This document shows positions 16,657 through 29,673 of a stretch of 64,000 nt of DNA, piece by piece. The notes beneath the pieces are model-generated. The model was not told where the DNA came from, did no database searches, and was given only the letters and a program-made list of their open reading frames with translations. The translations under genes were made by a program, and so were the position numbers. The stretch covers positions 1,277 to 65,276 of the forward strand of contig DATGNX010000012.1 in assembly GCA_035306485.1 (NCBI GenBank). The letters run 5' to 3'. This DNA comes from Burkholderiaceae bacterium (lineage in GTDB: Bacteria > Pseudomonadota > Gammaproteobacteria > Burkholderiales > Burkholderiaceae_B). Numbering within the stretch: position 1 is the first letter of the stretch; each line of letters begins with the position of its first letter.

Positions 16657-16708
16657 TCGACCGGCGCCGGCCTGCCGTATTGTTTATATACAATTCGGCA
16701 TCAGGGAA

Positions 16709-16740
16709 ACCACGGACCCAGCGGTCCGTGGTTTTTTTTA
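16709..16740 (+). terminator. rho-independent terminator
   Basis: 10-bp stem accacggacc/ggtccgtggt with loop cagc, followed by a run of 8 T. Confidence 0.85.
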
Positions 16741-16782
16741 CGGCTATCATGGACCGATCGGAACTAGGAGGAGCCCTCCGGC

Positions 16783-17748
16783 ATGGCTTGCTGGCGTCAT
16801 CTGTTCTCTGTCGTCACGCCCACCTACAACCGCGCCCACACCCTCGGACGCGTGTATCGCTCCCTTCGGGAGCAGTCCTTCCAGGACTTCGAATGGGTCA
16901 TCGTGGACGACGGCTCGACGGACGCCACCCGGACGCTGGTTCAGGGATGGCAGCAGGAAGCCAGTTTCCCGATCCGTTACGTCTGGCAAACCAATCAACA
17001 CAAGAAAACAGCTTTCAACAATGGCGTGCGCCATGCGCAGGGCGAATGGCTGGTGGCCATCGACAGCGACGATGAACTCGACTCCAACGCCCTCTACCAC
17101 ATGGCCGGAGTCTGGGAGCAGATCCCGCCCGCCCAGCGCGCGCGCTATGTGGCGATCACCGGCCTGTGCGCACGGCCCGACGGCCGTGTCGTGGGCGACA
17201 TGTATCCCCGGGATGTGATGGACGTGTCCTCGCTGGACATGACCTTCCGCTATCACGTCCGGGGCGAGAAATTCGGCTGCCTGCGCACGGACGTGCTGCG
17301 CCAGTTTCCCTTTCCCGAGGACATCCCCGGCTTCGTCCCCGAAAGCCTGGTCTGGCGCGCGATCGCACGGGCCGGCTACCTGACCCGCTTCGTCAACCAG
17401 GTGTTCCGCGTGTATCACGACGATGGCAGCAGCCTGTCGCGCGAGGGGCGCAAGACCGAAAGCGGCCGCCATGCGCTGGGCCTGTGGCTGCTGGCGCACG
17501 ATACGGTGGAATATTGCCTGGGCTGGTTCCGCTACCAGCCGGCCTCTTTCTTCGGCGCGGCGATCCGCTATACCCGCTTCGGACTGCACATGCGCGCGCA
17601 GCGCGTGGCCCGTCCCGCGGGGCGATGCCTGAACCGCTGGGCGTCGCGGCTGCTGGTGGCCGCCATGTGGCCCGTCGGCGCGGCGCTGTATGTGCGCGAC
17701 CGCCTGCGCGATGCGGCGGCGCGGTCCAAGCGGCCGGTGACGACCTGA
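16783..17748 (+). CDS. family 2 glycosyltransferase
   Basis: FSVVTPTYNRAHTLGRVYRSLREQSFQDFEWVIVDDGSTD and an IDSDDEL (DxD) motif. SD aggagg lies upstream. Confidence 0.85.
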   Translation: MACWRHLFSVVTPTYNRAHTLGRVYRSLREQSFQDFEWVIVDDGSTDATRTLVQGWQQEASFPIRYVWQTNQHKKTAFNNGVRHAQGEWLVAIDSDDELDSNALYHMAGVWEQIPPAQRARYVAITGLCARPDGRVVGDMYPRDVMDVSSLDMTFRYHVRGEKFGCLRTDVLRQFPFPEDIPGFVPESLVWRAIARAGYLTRFVNQVFRVYHDDGSSLSREGRKTESGRHALGLWLLAHDTVEYCLGWFRYQPASFFGAAIRYTRFGLHMRAQRVARPAGRCLNRWASRLLVAAMWPVGAALYVRDRLRDAAARSKRPVTT

Positions 17749-17797
17749 GACGGGCCGTGCGAATGGCGGCGGCCGCGCCCGACCCGATCGCTTCCGT

Positions 17798-18310
17798 TCA
17801 GTGGTTCAGGGGCGAACCGCCTTCGGTGCCCGCATCGCCGTCTTCGTCTTCATCATCGTCTTCGTCGTCCGGCGGCGTTTCGGCCTCGCGCAGGTCGAAG
17901 GGGAGCAGGTCCGTCAGCGTGTCCGTCCATGCGACTTCCTCGCCCTGGGCGTCCACCTTGATGTAGCGTACGCCTTCCAGGTCGGACAGCTGGACGGCCC
18001 AGAGGAATTCGCAATCCACCGCCTGGCCGTCGCTCAGGTCCAGCCCGCCGCAGTTGCCCAGGAAACGCGCCCCGGGACCGCCCGCCTGGACACGGGGACG
18101 GTCCTCGTCCTCGTCCTTGGGGCCGAGCGGCAGGGCGAACAACACCCATTCATAGCCCGCGTCGGGTTCGGACACGATCTCGGCGATCACGGGCCTGCCC
18201 AGCCAGGCGCACAGCGCGTCGGCCGTGCGGCCCAGCAGGTCGGCCTCGGCCGGAGTGAATGCGAGGGGTAGCGTCATGGCGGGGAAGAATGGGTGGCTGA
18301 TGATCGGCAT
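17798..18310 (-). CDS. hypothetical protein with poly-acidic C-terminal tail
   Basis: This is the only sensible frame in the interval. The start is ambiguous (ATG at 18310 or 18277, neither with a clear SD). The C-terminus is [21 protein letters not shown] recognise no motif. Confidence 0.5.
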   Translation of the reverse strand: MPIISHPFFPAMTLPLAFTPAEADLLGRTADALCAWLGRPVIAEIVSEPDAGYEWVLFALPLGPKDEDEDRPRVQAGGPGARFLGNCGGLDLSDGQAVDCEFLWAVQLSDLEGVRYIKVDAQGEEVAWTDTLTDLLPFDLREAETPPDDEDDDEDEDGDAGTEGGSPLNH

Positions 18311-18465
18311 TGTACGGCCCGGGCGGCCTTCCGGCCCGATCCGTGGCGCCGGAGCGGCCACGAGGCGCCCACGGCCGTGCGCCCCGGCCCGCCGGTTGCC
18401 CGTCCGGCCTACAATCGGGGCTTTGCGTGGCCGAATCCGTCGGCCCGCCCTTTCACGGTAGAGAC

Positions 18466-20139
<1,674 letters not shown>

Positions 20140-20148
20140 GGAGGCCAC

Positions 20149-20757
20149 ATGCCGACCCACCGCATTCTCGCCGACCACGACTCTATGGTGTTGCTCGTGG
20201 ATATGCAGACCGGACTGCTCCCGGCAATCGAGGGCGCGGAAGCGCTGGTGGGTCGGGTTCACCGACTGCTGTCGGCGGCGCGGGCGCTAGGGGTTCCGGT
20301 ACTGGCCACCGAACATTGCGCGGACAAAATCGGCGGGACCGATCCCACACTGTTGTCGCTAGTCGACACGGTGTTACATAAGGTGCACTTCGACGCCACG
20401 CGCGAAGCCGGTACGCTCGCGGCACTGCCCACGGGCCGTCACAACGTGCTTGTCGTGGGCACCGAGGCACATGTCTGCGTCCTGCAAACGGCTCTTGGTC
20501 TTGCTCAGGCCGGGCTCAATCCATGGCTTGTTGCAGACGGCATCGGTTCGCGCCGCGAGTCCGACCGGGCGACTGCTCTACAGCGTTGGTTGCAAGGGGG
20601 CGGCAATATCGTGAGTTGCGAAATGGCCATGTTCGAGTGGCTGGGCTCCGCTCAAAACCCGGCTTTCCGCGAAGTGCTCTCGCTTGTAAAGGCAAACGCC
20701 GATACAATTGTTTCCACTGTTCACCACTCTGCCAGCGCCGAAAGCGGATTGAAATGA
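20149..20757 (+). CDS. isochorismatase-family hydrolase
   Basis: SD aaggagg upstream. LLVDMQTG..VLATEH..VLVVGTEAHVCVLQTALGL is typical of the cysteine hydrolase/isochorismatase fold. Confidence 0.8.
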   Translation: MPTHRILADHDSMVLLVDMQTGLLPAIEGAEALVGRVHRLLSAARALGVPVLATEHCADKIGGTDPTLLSLVDTVLHKVHFDATREAGTLAALPTGRHNVLVVGTEAHVCVLQTALGLAQAGLNPWLVADGIGSRRESDRATALQRWLQGGGNIVSCEMAMFEWLGSAQNPAFREVLSLVKANADTIVSTVHHSASAESGLK

Positions 20758-20806
20758 ATTCTGCGGTAAGGTGTCGGCGTTGTTGTTTAGCTACACGGAG
20801 TGATGA

Positions 20807-21031
20807 ATGAAAAAACAGAATCTGCTTAGATTGGGTGCCGTTGCAACGCTGGCCCTGGCCCTTGCGGGCTGCTCCAGCTGGGACAGCATGAGCAGTCGAC
20901 AGAAGTCCACCGTCACAGGCGCCGGTATCGGCGGCGTGGCCGGAGCGGTGATTACCGGCGGCGGGGTGCTGGGTACGGTGGGTGGAGCGGCAATCGGCGG
21001 CGTGATCGGAGATCAGGTCGGCAAGCGCTAG
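20807..21031 (+). CDS. glycine-zipper (OsmB/17-kDa antigen-like) lipoprotein
   Basis: Lipobox LALAGC, followed by the glycine zipper GAGIGGVAGAVITGGGVLGTVGGAAIGGVIG. Confidence 0.8.
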   Translation: MKKQNLLRLGAVATLALALAGCSSWDSMSSRQKSTVTGAGIGGVAGAVITGGGVLGTVGGAAIGGVIGDQVGKR

Positions 21032-21112
21032 TCTGTAGGCGGGCGCTCGCGGCGCCCGTGACCTACAACAACAAGAAACGTTCAAGAAGAAGAATAAGCG
21101 CGTTGCGCACTG

Positions 21113-21140
21113 GACCGGCCCGATGGGCCGGTCTTTTTAT
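21113..21140 (+). terminator. rho-independent terminator
   Basis: Stem gaccggccc/gggccggtc with loop gat, followed by tttttatt. Confidence 0.8.
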
Positions 21141-21261
21141 TGAGCACTCACGAGCACTGACCGCCGACCGCCCAGGGAGTGCCTAGCGGCCGACCGCTCA
21201 GGCCGCGCCTAGAGGCCGCCGCCCGGGGCGTGCCGGGCGAACGCTTCCGCTTATTTGCTGA

Positions 21262-21534
21262 TTACTTCTGTGCCGGCGCGCCTTCCGGTTGCGGCATCTC
21301 GATCTTCACCTCCAGGATCTCAAGCGAATCCTGGCGATCAAGGTTCACCTTAATGTCGTCGGGGTTGATCTTCACGTAGCGCGAGATCACCTCAACGAGT
21401 TCCTTCTGCAGGCGGGGAAGGTACTCCGGCGTGACGCCGGTGCCGCGCTCATTGATAAGGATGAGCTGAAGGCGGTCTTTCGCCACGCTTGCCGACGTCT
21501 TCTTCTGGCCGAGCAGGAATGAAAGAAAGGACAT
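21262..21534 (-). CDS. minE: cell division topological specificity factor
   Basis: Trimmed to [26 protein letters not shown] (canonical MinE N-terminus). It lies directly downstream of minD. Confidence 0.93.
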   Translation of the reverse strand: MSFLSFLLGQKKTSASVAKDRLQLILINERGTGVTPEYLPRLQKELVEVISRYVKINPDDIKVNLDRQDSLEILEVKIEMPQPEGAPAQK

Positions 21535-21538
21535 GGTG

Positions 21539-22354
21539 TTATTTCCCCCCGAACAGTCGCTTGAAGAGTCCGGGTTTTTCGTATTCGGTGAAACGCAGGG
21601 GCATGTCTTCTCCCAGATAGCGGGAGATGACGTCCTGATAGGCTGCGGCGACATCGGTGTCGCGCAGGTGGATGGCAGGGATCCCCTGGTTGGAGGCCTG
21701 CAGCACGGATTCGGATTCCGGGATCACGCCAATGAGCTTGATCCGCAGGATGTCCTCGATATCCTGGAGCGAAAGCATTTCGCCTTCCGCCACGCGCTTG
21801 GGGCTGTAGCGGGTCAGCAGCAGGTATTCCTTGATCGGCTCCTCGCCCCGTTCTGCACGGCGAGATTTCGCCGCCAGGATGCCCAGAATGCGATCCGAGT
21901 CGCGCACGGAAGACACCTCGGGGTTGGTGACCACCAGGGCGTCGTCGGCGAAGTAAGACGCCATCAGCGCGCCCGTTTCGATACCGGCGGGGGAATCGCA
22001 GACAATGTACTCGAACTCCATCTCGGCGAGATCGTTCAGTACCTTTTCGACGCCTTCCTTGGTGAGGGCGTCTTTGTCGCGGGTCTGCGAAGCCGGGAGG
22101 ATATACAGGTTCTCCAACTGCTTGTCGCGGATCAGCGCCTGGTTCAGCGAGGCTTCTCCCTGGATGACGTTCACGAAGTCGTAGACGACCCGGCGCTCGC
22201 AGCCCATGATGAGATCGAGGTTGCGCAGCCCGACGTCGAAGTCGATGACCACGGTTTTGTGACCTCGCATTGCAAGGCCAGCAGAGAAACTTGCACTGGT
22301 GGTCGTCTTGCCGACGCCGCCTTTGCCGGATGTCACCACAACGATTCGCGCCAT
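21539..22354 (-). CDS. minD: septum site-determining ATPase
   Basis: 271 aa with [18 protein letters not shown] (deviant Walker A) and a C-terminal amphipathic helix GLFKRLFGG. Confidence 0.96.
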   Translation of the reverse strand: MARIVVVTSGKGGVGKTTTSASFSAGLAMRGHKTVVIDFDVGLRNLDLIMGCERRVVYDFVNVIQGEASLNQALIRDKQLENLYILPASQTRDKDALTKEGVEKVLNDLAEMEFEYIVCDSPAGIETGALMASYFADDALVVTNPEVSSVRDSDRILGILAAKSRRAERGEEPIKEYLLLTRYSPKRVAEGEMLSLQDIEDILRIKLIGVIPESESVLQASNQGIPAIHLRDTDVAAAYQDVISRYLGEDMPLRFTEYEKPGLFKRLFGGK

Positions 22355-22418
22355 GACGGTTAAATTCCTCTATTTTCGATAAATCACGTAATCGTAAAGC
22401 AAAAAGCGGGGTATCCCG

Positions 22419-23254
22419 CTACTTGCCCAATGCTTCAATTTGCAAGCTTTCGCCCGACAGGCTGACAATTGCGGGCTGATTCTGCAGCCCGGCGTCCAGG
22501 CCGGTCTCGATCACCCGGTAGACACCGGCGATCGCCACCAGCTCGGGGTCGAGCTGGGTGGTGAAAATTCGGGCGCTGGTGTCGCCGCGGGCGCCGGCCA
22601 TGGCCTTGCCGCGCAGGGGACCGTAGATGTGTATGTTGCCGTCCGCGATCACCTCAGCGCCACGGCTCACCACCCCGATGACGATCAGATCGGTGTGCCG
22701 GGCATAGACCCGCTGGCCGGAGCGCAGCGGGCGGTTGATCACCATGGCCGCCGGTGCAGGCTCGGCCGGAGTGTCGGCGATTGGCGCGGGGGCGGGGGCA
22801 GGGGCGGATTCATGGACGGGAGGCGCCTCGGGCGACGGTGCAGCGGTTGCAGTGTCCGCGGATTTTTCCGGGATGACCGCGGCGGCGGGTACGTCCTGTT
22901 CGGGGACGGGCTTGCTGGGGGGCCGAACGGGTGCGCCGCCCACGTCGACGGTCGGCAACCCCGCGGCCAGCGCCGCTTCCTGCTGTGCGCCCTCAGCGAC
23001 GACGCCGACGGGATGCAAGTGGTGCTCGCGCAGCGCATCCCGGAGTGCCGGCCAGTCGATGACTTCGTCGATGCGGGTGGCGTCGATGACCACGGGCTCG
23101 TTCTCGAAGAAGGCGCCTGCATCTTTCATGCGCTTGGCGAGTGCATCGAGCAGCGCGGTCGTATCGGCCTGGTGCAGCACGACGCGAATGGCGTAGAGGG
23201 TAGCGCTCTTGAAGTCGAGCGCCTGCGGAGTCTTGCGGGGAGGAGTCTTCTTGC

Positions 23255-23273
<19 letters not shown>
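22419..23273 (-). CDS. minC: septum site-determining protein
   Basis: 284 aa. A Pro/Ala-rich linker is followed by the C-terminal beta-helix [34 protein letters not shown] aagga lies before the ATG at 23273. It overlaps the glnS 3' end by 19 nt. Confidence 0.9.
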
Positions 23274-25021
<1,748 letters not shown>

Positions 25022-25138
25022 ACGGGAAAAGGCTGATATCTGAAAACGGATGAAGAAGTAATCATTTTGCCACGTTCGGCAGGGTTTGCCCGGGAACGTG
25101 GCCATAAGCGGTCTTGTCGCTTTACACTGGCGCCCATT

Positions 25139-26476
25139 ATGACCCACATGGCGCTCTGGATTTCGCAGGCTCAATTCTTTATGAGCCTGTCGTTCATGCT
25201 GCTTTTTCTCCTACTGGAGATTGGGCTGGCGTGGATGCTGGCTTTTTTCAAACTGCGCGCCCCGGTGGGCGGTGAGCATTGGACTGTGGCCTACCGGTTC
25301 TGGGTGCGGATATTCGCGCTGTCGTTTGTGGCGGCTTTCGGCTCCGCCGTGCCCGTCATGATCCAGTTCGGCGGCTTGTGGCCGGCACTGATGGAGCGCA
25401 TCGGCGACGTAGCGGGCCCATTGCTGGCCGCCGCCGTGTTGACCATCTTCGTTTTCAAAACATGCTTCGTCGGCGCCATGCTGTTCGGCCAGCGCTACAT
25501 GTCGCAGCGAGTGCACGGCTTGTTGGTCGTCATGGTCGCCCTCGGGCTCACCGCCGCGGCGATTTGGCCCGTGGCCCTGTTTTCGTGGTTGCGCACGCCG
25601 TCCGGTGCCTTCTTTTCTGACGGGCGCTATGTAGTCATCGATTGGTCCGACGTCGTCTTCAATCCATCCTTCTTTTGGTACGCGGGTCTGCTGCTGCTGT
25701 TGGCCCTGGTGACGACCAGCGTCTTCATATTGGGAGTGACCGCCTTGCAGTCCTTGCGTCGGCCGGCGAACGATTCGGACCGCGCGGTATTCGGTGTGGC
25801 GGTGCGTGTAGGGGCGGTGTCACTGATTCTGCTCGCGGTGACCGCTGTATTTGCGGGTCGGGCGATGGCTATTCACGAGCCGGCTAGGGCGGCCGTAGCC
25901 TTGGGATATTGGCAATCCGGTACGGAGCCCAGCCTGGCCATCGTCGCGCTGCCCGATGCGCAGCGGCAGGACGACCGCTGGGCCTGGCGGCTGGAGAACC
26001 GGGGAGGCGCGTTCCTCGCGCAGGATTCCCAGGGCAAGTATCGCGGATTCGATCAGTTTTCCGGCATGGCGCCACCCGTAGCGGTTACCTTCTGGTCCTT
26101 GCGCGTCGCCGTACTGGGGACGGTGCTGATGCTATTGGTCGTCGGCGTGGCCTGGTGGCGTCTACGCGCGCACGCCGGGGACCCGGGCGCGCTTTCCCCG
26201 CGCTTGCGCAAGTTGCTGGTGGTGACCGGGTTCGGCGGGTGGCTGGTAACGGTGAGCGGGTTTGCACATATCGTCATTGGCGCCTATCCGTATGCCGTTG
26301 CCGGTACGGTCACCCTTAGCGAAGTGCTGACCGAAGCTTCGCTTGGTGCCTTGACGGCCGGGGGAGTGGCTCTGCTGCTGGTCTATGGGTTCTGCATGGC
26401 GGGGTTCCTGCAGCTCTTGTGGCATGCCGTGCGCTACGGCGTCGTACCGGTGGCGCGGCGCAGAGGAAGGGCGTGA
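25139..26476 (+). CDS. cytochrome bd ubiquinol oxidase subunit I-like membrane protein (divergent; canonical heme ligands apparently absent)
   Basis: It is colinear by eye with CydA (SQAQF.., FW..F..FA.GV...MIQFG, FVGAMLFG, FILGVTA). The positions matching E. coli H19, E99, E107, H186, M393 and GRQPW read M, A, K, L, A/V and GAYPY. The start is ATG 25139 or 25148. Confidence 0.7.
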   Translation: MTHMALWISQAQFFMSLSFMLLFLLLEIGLAWMLAFFKLRAPVGGEHWTVAYRFWVRIFALSFVAAFGSAVPVMIQFGGLWPALMERIGDVAGPLLAAAVLTIFVFKTCFVGAMLFGQRYMSQRVHGLLVVMVALGLTAAAIWPVALFSWLRTPSGAFFSDGRYVVIDWSDVVFNPSFFWYAGLLLLLALVTTSVFILGVTALQSLRRPANDSDRAVFGVAVRVGAVSLILLAVTAVFAGRAMAIHEPARAAVALGYWQSGTEPSLAIVALPDAQRQDDRWAWRLENRGGAFLAQDSQGKYRGFDQFSGMAPPVAVTFWSLRVAVLGTVLMLLVVGVAWWRLRAHAGDPGALSPRLRKLLVVTGFGGWLVTVSGFAHIVIGAYPYAVAGTVTLSEVLTEASLGALTAGGVALLLVYGFCMAGFLQLLWHAVRYGVVPVARRRGRA

Positions 26477-26485
26477 GGAAAGTCG

Positions 26486-27535
26486 ATGATTGATACGCTA
26501 GCTCTCGCATTGGGCTTGAACGCCACCGATCCGGTCTTCTGGCTGCCGCTCGTGTTCATGGGGCTTCTGTTCCTACTGGTACTGGCCGGCACGGTGCTCG
26601 ATGGCTTCGATATCGGCGTTGGCTGTCTCAGCCTTTTCGCGCCGGAGCACGTCAGACCCCGCATGTTGGCACTGCTCAGTCCTTGGCGGGACGCCAACGA
26701 GTTCTGGCTGTTTCTGGGCATCGGGCTGTTCATGGCGGCGTTTCCGCATGCCTGGGGCCGGCTCATGGGCGCGCTCTATCTGCCGGTGACCCTACTGGCG
26801 GTGGGTACCATGCTGCGCTCTGTCGCCTTCGAGTTGCGCCTCAGGGCGCCGCGCGAACAGCAGCCGTACTGGATACGCCTGTTCGGCCTGGGGGCAGTGT
26901 GCACGGCGCTGTCGCACGGCATGCTGTTGGCCGGAATCGCGATGTCACACTCCGACGACGCCAGTGGCCTTTGGTTCGTGGCCTTTACGGCCGCCTGTGC
27001 GCTGGCCGCCTACTGCCTGCTGGGTGCTTCGTGGCTGATCATGCGGGAGGCCGGTGAGCTGCGCATGCGCGCGGTGTTGTGGGGTCGCCGCTGCGTACGC
27101 TGGGCGGCCGCCGGCGCGGTGGGCGTGTCGGTAGTGTTGGCGCTGGGCAACCCGGGTATCTTCTTGAAGTGGAGCAGTGCGCCGTCGCGGTGGGCCGTCG
27201 CCGTGCTCTGGCTGGGCATGCTGGCCACATTCGTTTTCATCGAGCTGCGGCTGCAGCGCATGATCAACACCAGCCATCACAATACGGCGCTGCCTTTCGT
27301 ACTAACGTTGCTGGTCTTCGTCATGACCCTGGGCGGCCTGGGCTACAGTTTCTTCCCGTATCTTGTTCTGGATGAACTTACGATCTGGGATGCCGCCGGC
27401 GCAGTCGAGTCGCTGCAATTGGTGCTGGCGGCTGTCGTAGTCGCGCTGCCCGTGGCACTGATCTTCAACGTATGGGTCTACTGGCGCATGTTTGGGCTGT
27501 CGGTGCCGCCGGAGCCACCCGCCTTCGAGCGTTGA
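26486..27535 (+). CDS. cytochrome bd oxidase subunit II-like membrane protein
   Basis: 349 aa. CydB hallmarks are DGFDIGVG and SPWRDANEFWL (compare DGFDMGVG and APHWDGNQVWL). It lies 9 nt after the subunit I-like gene. Confidence 0.8.
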   Translation: MIDTLALALGLNATDPVFWLPLVFMGLLFLLVLAGTVLDGFDIGVGCLSLFAPEHVRPRMLALLSPWRDANEFWLFLGIGLFMAAFPHAWGRLMGALYLPVTLLAVGTMLRSVAFELRLRAPREQQPYWIRLFGLGAVCTALSHGMLLAGIAMSHSDDASGLWFVAFTAACALAAYCLLGASWLIMREAGELRMRAVLWGRRCVRWAAAGAVGVSVVLALGNPGIFLKWSSAPSRWAVAVLWLGMLATFVFIELRLQRMINTSHHNTALPFVLTLLVFVMTLGGLGYSFFPYLVLDELTIWDAAGAVESLQLVLAAVVVALPVALIFNVWVYWRMFGLSVPPEPPAFER

Positions 27536-28926
27536 AGCGGAAGACGTATCGAGACCTCCAGGCCGCCGTCGGGCGCGTTGTCCAGCGCCAAGGAACCGCC
27601 ATGGGCGCGCACGATCATTTCGGCCAGCGCGAGGCCCAATCCCACCGATCCTGTACGCGTGCGGGCCTCGTCCAGGCGCGAGAACGGTCGCAATGCCTCG
27701 GATCGTCGCTCCTCGGAGATGCCCGGCCCATGGTCGCGCAGGCGCAGCACCACGGCCTCGTGGTCGCGTTCCAGCGAAATCTCCACGGGCGGCTTGCCGT
27801 GATTGAAGGCGTTGGTCACCAAATTGTCGATGAGGCGACCTAGCGCGAGTTCATCGGCATGCAGAACAATATCCTTTTCGGGCACTCGCAATAGGCGGAC
27901 GTCGCTGCCGGCCTGCTGCCAGGCGCCTACCCGTTCTTCGAGCCAGGCGCGCAGCGGTAGGGGCGCATAGTGGTAAGAGCCCTGGTCCGATCCGCGAACA
28001 TAGCTGATGAACTGGTCGATCATGCGCTGCATGTCCTGCACGTCCTGACGCATGCCTTCCTTCAGGGTCGGGTCATCCGCCATTTCGATACGCAGCCACA
28101 TGCGCGACAAGGGTCCTTTCAGGTCGTGGGGCAGGCCGGCGAGCAGCGTGCGCTGTACCGTGGCCGACTCGGCGAGCGTATCGAGCATGGCATTGAAGCG
28201 TTCGCCAAGACTGCGGGTCTCGGATGGGCCGGACGGCACCACTCGCTCGGGCTTGCCGGCGGCCAGTTGATCCGCGGCCTTTGCGAGCCGGGTCAGCGGG
28301 CGCGTGATGTGCCAGGCGAACGCGGCCGAGAGCAGCAACAAGGACACCATGCCGGTTAGCCAGACAATGATGGCGGGGGTGGCGACCGGCCGGGCAATAC
28401 GATCCAGCGGAATCACCAGCCATTCACGAGAGCTGAGATTCTCGTCGATGCCCGGATCCTCGATCAGTGAGATATACATGCGCGGCTCCGGCCCGCGCGA
28501 CAGCGCGACGCGGGTGTCGTCGTCGAGCCGTACGTTCAGCGCTTCGACGAAGCTGCGCAGACTATGGCGCACGTCGTCCGGAGGAGGCGGGCGGCGCTCT
28601 TCGTCACGGGAGTCACGCTGATGGCGGCGATTGCGCTGTTCAAGACTCGCATTGGCGGGCAAGGAGCGCGACCAAAGCCGCCACTGGTTCTGCGAGGCGG
28701 TACGCACGAAGTCCTGCCGCTGGTCCGCCGGGATCTCGGCCAGAGCGGCGCGCAACGTGCGTATGGTGGTCGCCGTCAGTTCCACTGAAACGTCTTCCGT
28801 GAACTGCTTGCGGTAGTAGTTCACGGTGGCGAAGGTGGCGGCCTGGACCAGTACGATGGTGCCCAATGTGAGCAGCAGCATACGGGTCCTGAGAGAGCGG
28901 GGCAGCAGCACACGCCAGTTCAACAC
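27478..28926 (-). CDS. sensor histidine kinase (EnvZ-like: 2 TM, HAMP, HisKA, HATPase)
   Basis: H-box LLAGLPHDLKGPLSRM and G-boxes DHGPGI and GSVGLGLALA. I prefer the GTG at 28926 (preceded by aaggcagg), 11 nt after the regulator stop. The track ATG is at 28968. The 3' end overlaps the cydB-like gene by 58 nt. Confidence 0.88.
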   Translation of the reverse strand: MLNWRVLLPRSLRTRMLLLTLGTIVLVQAATFATVNYYRKQFTEDVSVELTATTIRTLRAALAEIPADQRQDFVRTASQNQWRLWSRSLPANASLEQRNRRHQRDSRDEERRPPPPDDVRHSLRSFVEALNVRLDDDTRVALSRGPEPRMYISLIEDPGIDENLSSREWLVIPLDRIARPVATPAIIVWLTGMVSLLLLSAAFAWHITRPLTRLAKAADQLAAGKPERVVPSGPSETRSLGERFNAMLDTLAESATVQRTLLAGLPHDLKGPLSRMWLRIEMADDPTLKEGMRQDVQDMQRMIDQFISYVRGSDQGSYHYAPLPLRAWLEERVGAWQQAGSDVRLLRVPEKDIVLHADELALGRLIDNLVTNAFNHGKPPVEISLERDHEAVVLRLRDHGPGISEERRSEALRPFSRLDEARTRTGSVGLGLALAEMIVRAHGGSLALDNAPDGGLEVSIRLPLQRSKAGGSGGTDSPNMRQ

Positions 28927-28937
28927 GGAACCTGCCT

Positions 28938-29639
28938 TCACGGCGAAAATCGATAGCCCACGCCCCATACCGTCTGGATCCAGCGCGGTTGCTTGGGGTC
29001 GTCTTCGAGCGCCCGGCGTAGCCGCAGCACGGCGATGTCGATCGCCCGGTCATTGCGTTCGCCTTCTTCGTCGTCTCGTGCGAGGGCCAGCAGGCGTTCC
29101 CGGGATAGCGGCTTGCCTGGATTGCTTACCAACGCTTCGAGCAAGTTGACTTCTCCCCCGGTGAGCTTGATGAGCGTGTCGCCTCGATGCAACTGTCGGG
29201 TAACGGGGTCGAAGACGAACGGCCCGAAGGCCACGGGGCGATCCTTGGTGAGTGCGGAGGCGCCTTTCTTGCGACGCAGAACCGCCTCGATGCGCGCCAA
29301 CAGTTCGCGGGGATCGAAGGGCTTGCCCAGGTAGTCGTCGGCGCCGGCCTCCAGGCCGATCACGCGGTCGACGGTTTCGTCCTTGGCTGTGAGCAGGATA
29401 ATGGGAATGTCTTCGCCCTGTTGGCGCAGGCGGCGGCACGCTTCGGCGCCGTCGCCGTCCGGCATCATGCGATCCAGCACGATCAGATCCGGGTTGTAGC
29501 GCTGAATGCGCGCCTCCAGATCGCTCGCGTTGGGCGCCAGGAGCGTATCGTATTGGTGACGGTTCAGGTAATCGGCCAACAGCTGGAGCAGGGCCGGGTC
29601 GTCGTCCACGACCAGGACTTTAACGTGCTGAGTATCCAT
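28938..29639 (-). CDS. OmpR-family response regulator
   Basis: Trimmed to MDTQHVKVLVVDDDPALLQLL. The receiver domain has D..DRMMPDGDG..LTAK. The winged-helix C-terminus is WIQTVWGVGYRFSP. Confidence 0.93.
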   Translation of the reverse strand: MDTQHVKVLVVDDDPALLQLLADYLNRHQYDTLLAPNASDLEARIQRYNPDLIVLDRMMPDGDGAEACRRLRQQGEDIPIILLTAKDETVDRVIGLEAGADDYLGKPFDPRELLARIEAVLRRKKGASALTKDRPVAFGPFVFDPVTRQLHRGDTLIKLTGGEVNLLEALVSNPGKPLSRERLLALARDDEEGERNDRAIDIAVLRLRRALEDDPKQPRWIQTVWGVGYRFSP

Positions 29640-29673
29640 GGAGCGCAGTGTACTCTTGCAATTTACGGAGGCC

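Noticed and set aside
21181-21218. Direct repeat GCCTAG(C/A)GGCCG occurring twice, 26 nt apart, between the lipoprotein gene and minE
   Set aside because: It has only two short copies in GC-rich intergenic DNA, which is within chance expectation, and there is no associated structure.
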